A stretch of 64,000 nt of DNA from assembly GCA_043228905.1 (NCBI GenBank), contig JBHGNT010000005.1:20956001-21020000 (forward strand). The letters run 5' to 3'. How positions within the stretch are numbered: the first letter of the stretch is position 1; each line of letters opens with the position of its first letter. Below, piece by piece: positions 52,735 to 64,000 of the stretch. The notes beneath the pieces were generated by a model. It was not told the DNA's origin, ran no database searches, and saw nothing but the letters and a program-made list of their open reading frames with translations. This DNA is from Azolla caroliniana. Its lineage: Eukaryota > Plantae > Polypodiophyta. A program made the translations under genes and the position numbers.

Positions 52735-52789
52735 AACTTGATATGCCGTATTGAGTTGAGACCCCCAACTCGATATGCCATATCGAGTT
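52735..52789. repeat. Two tandem 23-bp palindromes
   Basis: Perfect AACTCGATATG-C-CATATCGAGTT at 52767-52789; decayed copy at 52735-52757. Confidence 0.88.
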
Positions 52790-52929
52790 CAGGGTCACAG
52801 AGCCATTGGGGCAGTTAGACCACACTATTAATTTACACTACACCATCAGAAACACAAAATCAAACATTAGGCTAAAAATAAGAAGTAAAAACATGTTTAG
52901 AGGTCGTGAGGTAGCCGTCTATCATGACT

Positions 52930-53482
52930 AGGGGAGGTGAAGACCAACTGGATAGAGACTTAATTGGACATGAGTGGGCATTGCAATAAGAAGGTTGTAC
53001 TCTTAGTTTCCAGACTGGCTGTACATGGGATGCTTGCCCAAGATCGGCCATTTAGCTATGGCAAATGTCATGAATACATAAGCATCATGGCTTCACTTAG
53101 GCTTGAACCCAAGACCTTGTAATACATAATCAAGAACCTAACCATTAAGATAGCATATGATCATATGAAATAATAAAAGCTACTTCTTGTAATAGACTAA
53201 CTATTGTAAATGTTCTGGAACATTCTAGAACATCCTAGAACATCTTAGAATATTCTAGGTTTAGAACATTCTAGACCTATAAATATGGACATATAATTCT
53301 TCTCAAACCAATTCGAATCAACACTAGTCTTAAGCTTTCGTCGCCTATCTTGTATCCATCTTCGTTCTATCTTATTAACACATTCATTCATCTCTTATCA
53401 CTTCATTCTTCTCTTCTTGTGATCTCTTTCCATCATTCTTCCACCACTCTATCTTTTCTCTTGGTTCTGACAGTTTGATTCA

Positions 53483-53549
<67 letters not shown>

Positions 53550-56500
53550 CCTCCTCTATAAACATCACGAAACCATGGCTATCATCAACTCAGAAGAATA
53601 TCTCACCCTTGTTGCAGAATCTTAAATCCAAGTTCGCATGTCTCGAATTAGAGAATCAACGTCTTCTTGGGGATCTACAAAAGGTTATTGTGGAGAAGCA
53701 ACAACAAGAAGAAGAGTTTACGCGACGGGTGCAACAATTAGAATTGACAATTGTAATTTTACAACAACAAAGGGTTGAAGGTCAAGGAAGTATTAAGGAG
53801 CCCAAAATTAGTCTCCCGGCTAAATTTGATGGTTCGAGGGCGCAATTCTTGAGGCTTCTTGAATCATGTGCGGTTGGTAATCCAAATGCATCCCACGCAT
53901 TATCCGATAGATGCATCACGAGTCGGGTTAGTGGGCAGCTTATTGGGTGGCATAGCATTGTCATGGTTTGCTCCATTACTAGAGACAAATTCTCCTGTAC
54001 TACATAATTTCGAGGAGTTTGTCAAAGAATTTAAGGCTTGCTTCAGAGATACAGATGGGGCAAGAATGACAATCAACAAGATTCGTACACTACATCAAGG
54101 TGATCAACCAGCCTCAACATATGTAGCTAATTTTCGTTTCATCGCAAGTGATATTCCTTGGGATGAACAAGCCCTAATGGAGCAATTTTGTTCCGGTCTT
54201 CGTAGTGATGTGAAGGACTTACTTCTTACCTTCCCCGAGGATCCAAAATCACTTACAGAAGCTATTAGTCGGGCAATATGGTGTGATAATCGTCTTTTTG
54301 AGCGTCGATGTGAGCGACAACAACAAATAAAGATACACACCAACTTATGCATCAGTAACGGCGCAATCGTCTCCAAGGCAAACGTATAGCCCTGATCCAA
54401 CCCTAGGGCAAACACGTAGCCCAACCCCAATGGATAGGCCGATGCCCATGGAGATCGATATGACCCAACGTCGAGGACCATTGTCAGAAGAAGAGAAGCA
54501 ATGATGCCGAGCAAACCGTCTGTGCTTATATTGCGGAGGTCTAGGACACATAGCCATTCATTGCTCCCGTAGGCCAAGACGTCAGGTAAATCACATTCAC
54601 TATGACAATAAAAATGAGTCAAACATTTTAGAAGCACTTAGTGATTCTAATATTATGAATAATCCACCCTTGTTCAATAAGTTTGAAGTCCTAACCCAAT
54701 TAGAAGAGGAGTCAAAAGAATAAGTCCGGCCAAAATAGGAGCCATTTGGTTGGACAACCCTAGCTCTGTACAACCGAGTGTAGGTTCCATTTCATCCAAG
54801 CATGTTAGTAGAGTCTTCTCAGCCCAAATACAAGTTAGGACACCGAGTTGCCAACTTCACGTCCAAGCCCTCTTAGATACTGGAGCCAATTCTTGTTTCA
54901 TGGATAGAGATTTTGCCCAAAAACATCAAATATCCTTGCCTAGTTTCCGTAGTAGTGATTGATGGACGTCCCATAGCTTTCGGGAAGATTTTCGAAGAGT
55001 CTGAGCCAATACACATACTCTTAGGTGATTTGGGATGTGTAGTTTCCTTTAATATATTCCGTAGCCCCGAGCATCCAATTGTCCTTGGTTTTCCATGGTT
55101 CGAGCTACATAACCCACAAATTGATTGGAGGAGGCGAGAAATTGGGTGCCCTTCTGTAGAAAACATCATTGGTAAAGATCGGACCCAGGACTATTCCCTT
55201 AAACAATATAGTTCTACCAGTGCACCATCTCCTTTTCACCAAATCGCAACTATCACATTGAAACAAATGTTCCAAATGGGAGGAAAGGAGGAACTTTTCT
55301 TGTTTGCAATATTAGTGACACCTTCTAGTGCCACTCAAGGGAATTCAAACATCCAAATTCCCGAATAATATCAAGAATATGTTGATTTTTTTGACAAAGT
55401 CAAAGCTAGTGTACTTCCAAAGCATTGGCTGTACGATTGTCCCATTGACCTCCAACCAAGAAAAGAGCCACCGTGGGGTTCGATCTACAATATGTCACCA
55501 ACTGAGCTTGAGGTTCTTCGAGAATACATCGAAGAGAATCTTGCACATGGGTTTATTCGACATTCAAAGTCTTCAGCCGGTGCTCCTATATTTTTTGTGA
55601 AGAAAAAGGACGGGTCGCTTCGTTTGGTCGTGGACTATCGAGAATTAAATAAAGTCACCATAAGAAATAAGTATGCTCTTCCTTTAATCTCCAATCTTTT
55701 AGAGCGCATTGGTGGGGCAAAACATTTTACAAAGATTGATTTAAGGGGTGCACATAATCTTGTTTGCATTTGAACGGGAGATGAGTGGAAAATGGCATTT
55801 CGCACTCACTATGGTCATTTCGAGTATACAGTCATGCCTTTTGGGCTCACAAATGCACCCGCAGTTTTCCAACATATGGCAAATGACATTTTCTGGATTT
55901 TCTGGATGTCTTTCTCATAATCTATTTAGACGATCTGTTGATTTACTCTAAAACACAGGAGGAGCATGATATACATGTCCGGAAAGTACTTGAACGCCTA
56001 AGAAAGTATGCCCTATATGCTAAACTTGAGAAGTGTAGTTTTGATAGCGAACAAGTCGAATTCTTGGGTTATACTATTTCATCTAAGGGTATCTTCATGG
56101 ATCCAGCAAAAGTCAAAACAATATTGGAATGGCGAGCCCCACGTTCTGTTCGAGACGTCCAATGCTTCTTCGGATTTGCTAACTTCTATCGCAAATTCAT
56201 ACGGAATTATTCAAAGATCGTGTTGCCCCTCACCCAACTTACCAAGAAGAATCAAGCGTTTGTTTGGACTATTGAAGCGGACACAACCTTTACTTAGCTC
56301 AAAGAGGCATTCACATCATCTCCTATATTAGCACATATTGATCCCGAAAAGCCATTTACCATTGAAGCGGATGCGTCAAACTTTGCATTGGGGAGTATCC
56401 TATCCCAACCAGGCAAGGACGGGCAATCCCATCTAATCGCGTTTCACTCGAGAAAATTTACTGCTGCGGAGATAAACTATGAGGTGCATGACAAGGAGTT

Positions 56501-59200
56501 ACTAGCTTGGTTGACTCTTTCGAGCAATGGCAACATTTCTTGGAAGGATCGCCTCATCAAATCATCATTTATAGTGATCACAAAAATCTTACGTATTTTC
56601 AAACAACTTGAGTGTTAAATAGGATACAAGCTTGGTGGGCACAATTTCTAACTTGTTTTGATTTCAAGATCGTTTTCTACCCTGGGAAGCAACAATGGAA
56701 GCCGGATGCTCTATCTCGACGTTCATATCTCGCACCTCGACCTGGAGATCCAGCCTTAGACAACCAAAAGCAAATTCTACTAGGACCATCAAAGCTACAA
56801 GCAACAACAGTTTATGCCATGCCATTGGATTCACGCCTTGTTGATACTATTCGGCAACAACTTCACTCTGATGATTTCGCTAAGGATGTCTCGGCCCACA
56901 TTAGTCCAAGCCATGCATCTTGCTCCACAATGCAAGGTTCATCTCTAAGTCAACATTATTAGGAATTCAAGTGGCAAGATGGCTTATTCTTTTACAAGAA
57001 TCTTCTTTACGTCCCTGATTGATCACCTTGCCTTCAAGTATTAGAGCATTGTCATGATGCCCCTATGGCTGGACATTTTGGTATTGCCAAGTCCATGGAG
57101 TTGGTGAAGCGCTCATTTTGGTGGCCTCATTTGCAAAAATTTGTCGAAGATTATTTTTGTACATGTGACACCTGTTGTTGAACCAAAATACCCAGGCATC
57201 ATCCTTATGGCTTGTTACAACCGTTATAGCCTCCAACCAAGCCATGACAATCTATTTCTATTGATTTCATTACAGATCTGCCACCTTCACAAGGATTTGA
57301 TACTATTTTAACAGTAGTGGATCAGTTTACCAAGATGGCACATTTTTTACCATGTGTAAAGAGCATCAGTAGTCAGGAAACCGTAGATATCATTATGCGT
57401 GAAGTATTTCGCCATCATGGTCTTCCAGACGATATAATTACTGATCATGGTCCTCAATTTGTCTCTCACTTTTGGAAGCACCTATGGGCAGGCCTCAAAA
57501 TATCCTGCAAACTCTCCTCAGCTTATCATCCACAAACCGACGGACAAACAGAGCACACGAATCAAACGCTTGAGCAATATCTTCGATGCTTCATTAGTTA
57601 TCAACAAGATGATTGGAGTAATATTCTACATCTCGCTGAGTTTGCATACAATAACACAATACACTCTTCTACCAAGGTTACACCTTTCTTTGCGTACACC
57701 GGCAACCATCCTCGATGGTGTATCTTGGATCTTCCCAAGGTCGCTCGAAACCCTAGTGCTGAGCATCATCTTCATTGACTACATCGAATTCAGTTAGCAT
57801 TATCTTTACATCTTCAGACAACTCAAGCACAACATAAGACCAACGCCGATTGCCATCGTCTTAAGTCTCCTTTTAAGGTTGGTGACCAAGTATGGTTGCT
57901 TCGTCGTCACATCAAGACTACATGTCCATGTGAGAAGCTCGATTATCAGCGCTTAGGTCCTTTTCTCATCACTGCGCGTATTAACGATGCCACCTTTCGT
58001 CTTAATCTTCCAGCACACATGCGACATCACCCAGTCTTTCATAGCTCTCTTTTGGAACCTTGTTGCACCTCTGCCATTCCTAATCGTGTCGTGCCACCTC
58101 CTCCCTTTGTCGAACTTGTTGATGGCCTTGAATACGAGGTAGTTGCTATTCTTGATTCAAAGATTGTGTGAAATAAGCTCTATTATTTGGTTGATTGGGT
58201 AGGCTATCCTCCGAGTGATCGTACTTGGGAACCCGTCAAGAATGTTTCTAATGCTCAAGCTCTTGTCAAAGACTTCCATTGCCGTTATCCAAACAAACCA
58301 GGCCCTACATTGTTAACGATGACTTCCACTCATCGTTCTCGAAGGGGAGATAGTGTCATGAATACATAAGCATCATGGCTTCACTTGGGCTTGAACCCAA
58401 GACCTTCGAATACATAATCAAGAACCTAACTAGAACATTCTAGAACATTATAGACCTATAAATATGGACATTAATTCTTCTCAAACCAATTCGAATCAAC
58501 ACCAATCTTGAGATTTTGTCGCCTATCTTGTATCCATCTTCGTTCTATCTTATTAACACGTTCATTCATCTCTTATCACTTCATTCTTCTCTTCTTGTGA
58601 TCTCTTTCCATCATTCTTCCGCCACTCTATCTTTTCTCTTGGTTCTGACCGCAAAATTTTGCGCTTTGACTATGAAGACACGGACTCAATTAATTTGATT
58701 GTGTTAGTCAACTGTACAGAAAGACTCCGTAAGATGACCGTCTCCGAAGACTACTTGTTGAAGGATTCATGCAGGCCAGAATCCTTCCGGAATGCTATTG
58801 AGACAAGTACCAACCTAATAACAACACTGAGGTCATACATTCAAGGCCATGTTAATTTGAAGGCAGCCTCTTTATCACCTGTTAAAGCACCAATAAAGAA
58901 ATATGTTGTGTAGTCCAGGCCTCAAAAAAAGAAGGTGACAAGAATGTCAGATTTTGAGTCATCCAATTCAATAGAAGATAATGAGGCTTGATCTACACTA
59001 GGAGCATAGCTTGCGTCTAGAGTGTTGTCATCACAACAAAATAAAATAAGAAGGGACATCATCCATAGAAAGCTCGTGCATAAGGGGCAAGTTTTTAACC
59101 TTCTTATAACCCATATCCATCGCCCTCCTTTAGATGAGAATACAGGACTTCGTCCTTTGGAGATTAGAGAACCACATAAGATGCACGTCCAAAACTTATA
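52930..59200 (+). pseudogene. Second ParB-MTase cargo gene fragment (N-terminal part), split by chromovirus copy 3
   Basis: FSYGK|ILRFDYEDTDS...SCRPESFRNAI matches FDYGDVTKLEYEDSDS...CCKPNSLRKDI. GLRPLEIREPHKMHVQNL (~59145-59197) matches GRRPLEIREPHVVHVQNL. Coding parts ~52930-53065 and 58651-59200. Confidence 0.75.
53066..58650 (+). mobile_element. Tcn1-like chromovirus, copy 3 (different subfamily, more decayed)
   Basis: LTRs 53066-53472 and 58354-58650 (3' LTR internally deleted, end CA>CC); TSD GCAAA; PPT GAAGGGGAGATAG. Gag, LLDTGA protease, YLDD RT, RNase H, integrase and chromodomain with many stops. Confidence 0.93.
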
Positions 59201-60059
59201 GTGGGACTGAAGGAGGCATTCAGTAGATATTGGGGAGTATTTGCTTTATTGGAGGGGATTATACAACAACAATCATGTTTCTATGGTTGATGGTTGTCTG
59301 GACTGGATGTATGGAGGGCTATCAATGTGTCTTCTATATAGATTATTAGTACTCCATTTGTATATATGTGTTTAACTTCTTGATTTAGTGTTTATGTGTA
59401 CACAATCAAATGAAAAATTTAATACATGCTTCAACGTTACTACTGGAGGGTTGTCTCTATTTTGGCACCCAAAAATTTAGCACTGCCTATGCATTAATAA
59501 TTGTCATATATGTTTTGGGTATATTCTTTTATGTCTAATGTCATGTAAACTAATAATTACGAGTACGCTTTCTACTTCTAATTTTCTGTGTTGTCATGAA
59601 CATATACATTTAGTATTATATCCGAAGGATCTTTACTAAGGATTAATTGCGATGTATTGTATTCAATAATATGTAAATATCAATTTCTCAAATAACATAT
59701 ACACCTCTCTTGGAAAGTTTAACCATTGTAAACCTTTGCATTTTACATCTCGCGAAAATAGAATCCTTGTTTGTTAATGCTTTCCTCAAATAATTAATTT
59801 GTATCAAATGAATGTGCGGTAAACCCCAACCCTAAATTTGTAAACATTGCAAAAATAAATCTCATACATTTATATTTTCTCCAATAAATAGCATGTTCTC
59901 TAGGTATAGAGATGCATCGGATTAATAAATCAATAAATTCACCATCTTTGGTTGATCATGTGATACTGGTGCACATCCGATTTCACAACAGGCTAAAATT
60001 GTGTGACTACAAAGGGAATCTAAAAGTGGAATGCGCGATCCTTCCACTTTTGAACGCGA

Positions 60060-61240
60060 ACGTGTCGTCACATTTTTGTGAGAATGGCGTAGTCACTATC
60101 CTTTTTTCAACAATTTTTTTGTTGACATCCCCATTGCTCACTTCGATTTCATTACGTAATGAACGTAGGGCTTGACCCACTTCATGTGAGGTCACTCCTA
60201 TGACACACATATCCAACGTCCATCCCTCATTACACGTCGTACATTGAATTGCCTGTTGGAACTAAAGTTCCTCCTCTTTGTGAAATGCACGTTGTAGGGC
60301 TCCCATTGCCATATAATTACCGTTCTGGGCCCTATCCATAACGAGTACCATATCAATGACCTCATCGATAGTACTCGTCCGGAAGTCTAAAAGTGCTAAC
60401 ATAGTCCGGAGTTGTTACGGGCATGACCATATAATATCCCGTGGTGAGAATTTACCGTAGTATTCTATACACGTGGATAAGTGTGAGGGTTAAATGAGAC
60501 TGTAAAGAAGGGGAGGATTACTTTTAATGCTTGGGCTTGAGACAACCCATTAGGCCAAGTGTGAACTTGCCTGGTGTTATGGGCATGACCATATAATATC
60601 CCGTGGTGAGAATTTACCATAGTATTCTATACACATGGATAAGTGTGAGGGTTAAACGAGACTGTAAAGAAGGGGAGGATTACTTTTAATCCTCGGGATT
60701 GAGACAACCCATTAGGCCAAGTGTGAACTGGCCAGGGGGCCTTGGGTATCGCTAATGCTTACATTAGTTCATGTCTCATGTGTGTAAGAGGTCAATACCT
60801 CAATTGTGTATTACAATTAACCCTTACTTTTAGATGTCTCGTGTGCGTAGAGGTATATGCCTCGATTACGTCATTTTTGGCTATTAAATATAACGATTTG
60901 TTTAATATAGGCATAATTTGGTCACGTGTATACGTAGTTGATCGTATATATGTGATAATATACATATGTGTATATAAGTTATTACGTGATTTTAAATCGA
61001 ATGTTTTCCTTTTCGGGGAAAGGATCTTGGTGGCCGTCCTCACATTTTTGTGAGAATGGCGTTGTCACCATCCTTTTTTTCAACAATTTTTTATTGTTGA
61101 CATTCCCGTTGGTGACTTTGATTTTATTACATAAAGAAATGCCTATAGCCACAATGATGTTGAGAACGTAGGGCTTGACCCACTTCATGTGAGGTCGCTC
61201 CTATGACACACATATCCAACATCCCTCCCTCGTTACATGG
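60060..61240. repeat. Mosaic of local duplications and retroelement fragments
   Basis: ~160-bp tandem duplication at 60414-60735; 60065-60235 resembles 61035-61240; 60250-60310 resembles the gag piece at 36315-36375; 60830-61000 resembles 51720-51910. Confidence 0.65.
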
Positions 61241-61879
61241 ATACGATGCCACCATGAGATCATTCTTACGAGAGGCATTCGTAATGACGTAACCATGTGA
61301 TGGGCCACGTGGGCTTACTACGAAAAGAGGGCGCATTTGGCTTGACCATTAGGTTGCACTTTGGCGTATGCCATCGTAATTACGAAACTTGAGGTTAGGT
61401 AAGGTACGAACATATTTTGTAGTAAACGAGGGGGAAATAAGGACTCTTGACATATATATTTCTTTTAAAAAAACATATATGGGCAAATGCCTCACATATC
61501 TCTTATACGAATGAAACATTAAACATTCAAGAAAAGCAACCTACTTGGTTGGCTCAAGTGTTTAATGCATTTGTTCTCGAGGTTTTGAGTTCAAATATGA
61601 CCAAGACCATACAACATCATTGATACATATCACTATAACACATGTTTAGACTTGAGGTCTAAGTGCACTTCAGGGTCCTCGTAATAGACTTAAAGAGACG
61701 AAACCACATATGTGGGCACCGAAACATAGTTTATTGTTAACATTTTTTTTATGTATAAACTACTCATGACGCGAACATACATGGTTGAGCCTCGGGGAGC
61801 CGCCATGAAAAAATCGATATAGAGATCAGGGAAAGACATTAATTTGTCACCCCCATGGTTTTTAAAACACTTTTGTGTT

Positions 61880-62660
61880 TGTTGGGAGACAGGTCCCTCC
61901 GGATGGGAAGGGAGAAGAACAGTGCCGATGAACAAACTCGGCCGAGGTTGAAACCGGATGAGGAGTACCCGGCTACGGAGAGCCGGATGATACAGTGCCG
62001 ATGAACAAACTCGGCCGAGGCCGAAACGGTATGAGGAGAACCCGGCTGCGGAGAGCTGGATGATACAGACCCGGTGAAGACCGGATGAGGAGTACCCGGC
62101 TACGGAGAGCCGGATGGTGCAGGCCTGGTGAGAACCGGATGAGGAGTACCTGGCTGCGGAGAGCCGGATGATGCAGACCCGGTGAGAACCGGAGGAAGAG
62201 ACATATTCGCTAATATGTTTCTGTGAGCCCATCGAGGCTATATTTGTAAATAGCCAAAAAGTCATATTAGTATAAATATGAGTTAGGGCAAAACCTTTAG
62301 TGAGAGAGTTGTCATTATTTTTCTTGTTGGTACAAGAAGAAGAGTCAGCACGTAACAGTGTACAAAGAGAGAGAGAGAGAGAAAGAGGTCGCTGCCTCTG
62401 TTGTAACCGCCGCCTGTGGCGAAGATCGTGAGCACGAGGTCGTTGCCTCCGTGAACTCACTGTTTTGTACATTACTACATAGTGACAGTTTGCAACCTGT
62501 GGGCTGCCGTGGTTTTTCCCCTAGTTTGGGGTTTTCCACGTAAACCTCCTATGTAATTTCTCTTCTTCTTTGTGTTGTGTTTTATTTCCCGTTTTCTGTG
62601 TATCATTCTAAGCTCGGTTGTGGCCGAGCGTTGCGCATAAGGAACGTTGAGTTCCCGTCA
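61880..62660 (+). mobile_element. Solo LTR containing 54-bp repeats
   Basis: TGTTGGGA...TCCCGTCA termini; perfect TSD GTGTT; TATAAATA near 62271. Confidence 0.85.
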
Positions 62661-63009
62661 GTGTTACCATAGTAACCTAATCTTGAACCTCATCTCATAT
62701 GTCTAGAGGGGTATTGACGTGAGATCATGATATCGATTAATGTTTGCCCATGATATGTTTACATCATGATATAATGTTATGACTATTTGTCTGACCTTAT
62801 CCTATTTCTTTGCCAGAAATAATCATTCAATGGCTCAAAATAACGACCCGATGTCATCCGCTCAAGCGGAAGGAATTCAAGGAAATCCTCCTGGACAAAT
62901 GTCCATTGAGATGTATTTTTCACAGATAAGCCAATACCTTTGTTTCACCGCTCAATAGATGACCAAACTTCGGCAATCTCAAAGTGCTCTCAAGGCACGT
63001 GTCATTAGT

Positions 63010-64000
63010 TGTTGGGAGACAGGTCCCTCCGGATGGGAAGGGAGAAGAACAGTGCGGATGAACAAACTCGGCCGAGGCCGAAACCGGATGAGGAGTACCC
63101 GGCTACGGAGAGCCGGATGGTGCAGACCCGGTGAAGACCGGATGAGGAGTACCCGACTACGGAGAGCCGGATGTTGCAGACCTGGTGAAGACCGGATGAG
63201 GAGTACCCGACTACGGAGAGCCGGATGGTGCTGACCCGGTGAAGACCGGATGAGGAGTACCCGGCTACGGAGAGCCGGATGTTGCAGACCCGGTGAAGAC
63301 CGGATGAGGAGTACCCGACTACGGAGAGCCGGATGGTGCTGACTCGGTGAAGACCGGATGAGGAGTACCCGGCTACGGAGAGCCGGATGGTGCAGACCCG
63401 GTGAAGACCGGATGAGGAGTACCCGGCTACAGAGAGCCGGATGTTGCAGACCCGGTGAAGACCAGATGAGGAGTACCCGGCTACGGAGAGCCGGATGGTG
63501 CAGACCCGGTGAAGACCGGATGAGGAGTATCCGGCTACGGAGAGCCGGATGGTGCAGACCCGGTGAGGAATGCTCACCGGATGAAGAGACATATTCGTAA
63601 ATATGTTTCTGAGAGTCCATCGAGGCTATATTTGTAAATAGCCGAAAAGTCATATTAGTATAAATATGACTTAGGGCAAACTTCTAGTAAGGGTGGTTGT
63701 CATTCTTGTTGGTGTAAGGAGTGAGAGAGCGCGTAACTGTGTACATAGAGAGAGAGAGAAAGAGGTCGTTGCCTCTGTTGTAACCGCCGCTTGTGGCGAA
63801 GATCGTGAGCACGAGGTCGTTGCCTCCGTGAACTCACTGTTGTACATTCTAGCATAGTGATAGTTTGCAGCCTGTGAGCTGCCGTGGTTTTTCCCTAGTT
63901 TGGGTTTTCCACATAAACATCCTGCGTACTCCTCTCTTCTTCGTGTCGTGCTTTATTTCCCGTTTTTTGTGTATGATTCTAAGCTCGGTTGTGGCCGAGC
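63010..64000 (+). mobile_element. Second LTR of the same family, running off the window, with ~9 copies of a 54-bp repeat
   Basis: Same start TGTTGGGAGACAGGTCCCTCCGG. Unit CCGGATGAGGAGTACCCGGCTACGGAGAGCCGGATGGTGCAGACCCGGTGAAGA repeats from ~63084 to ~63570. Confidence 0.88.

Noticed and set aside
61545-61610. tRNA gene or SINE head (TGGCTCAAGTG...GAGTTCAAAT)
   Set aside because: Box-like motifs only; no cloverleaf, tail or TSD that I can support.
63124-63570. GACCCGGTG matching the transposon TIR end
   Set aside because: Only a 9-bp match within the LTR tandem unit; the rest of the TIR is absent.
62959-63653. Long repetitive ORFs (SSPGLHHPALRSRVLLIR)n on both strands
   Set aside because: By-product of a 54-bp GC-rich tandem unit inside an LTR.

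Overview
AT-rich land-plant genomic DNA; the retroelement families suggest a non-seed plant (inference). Two host genes lie on the minus strand: an IRK-interacting-protein-like gene (~10.5-12.1 kb) and a ~23-exon oligosaccharyltransferase STT3A (18.1-28.4 kb). The rest is nested mobile DNA: a Tnt1-like copia, three Tcn1-like chromodomain gypsy elements, a non-chromovirus gypsy remnant, solo LTRs, hAT-type MITEs and minisatellites. The most notable object is a 7.9-kb DNA transposon (42481-50361) with 32-bp TIRs and a 4-bp ACAA TSD. It encodes a DUF7869/Sola-like DDD transposase on the + strand. Divergently, on the - strand, it carries a six-exon gene fusing a ParB/Srx-like domain to a bacterial-type beta-class amino (N6A/N4C) DNA methyltransferase, with long palindromes in its first intron. 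A second, diverged and broken copy of the same two-gene layout, with its own different palindromes, lies at ~51.9-59.2 kb. All family assignments come from motif recognition by eye, not database searches.
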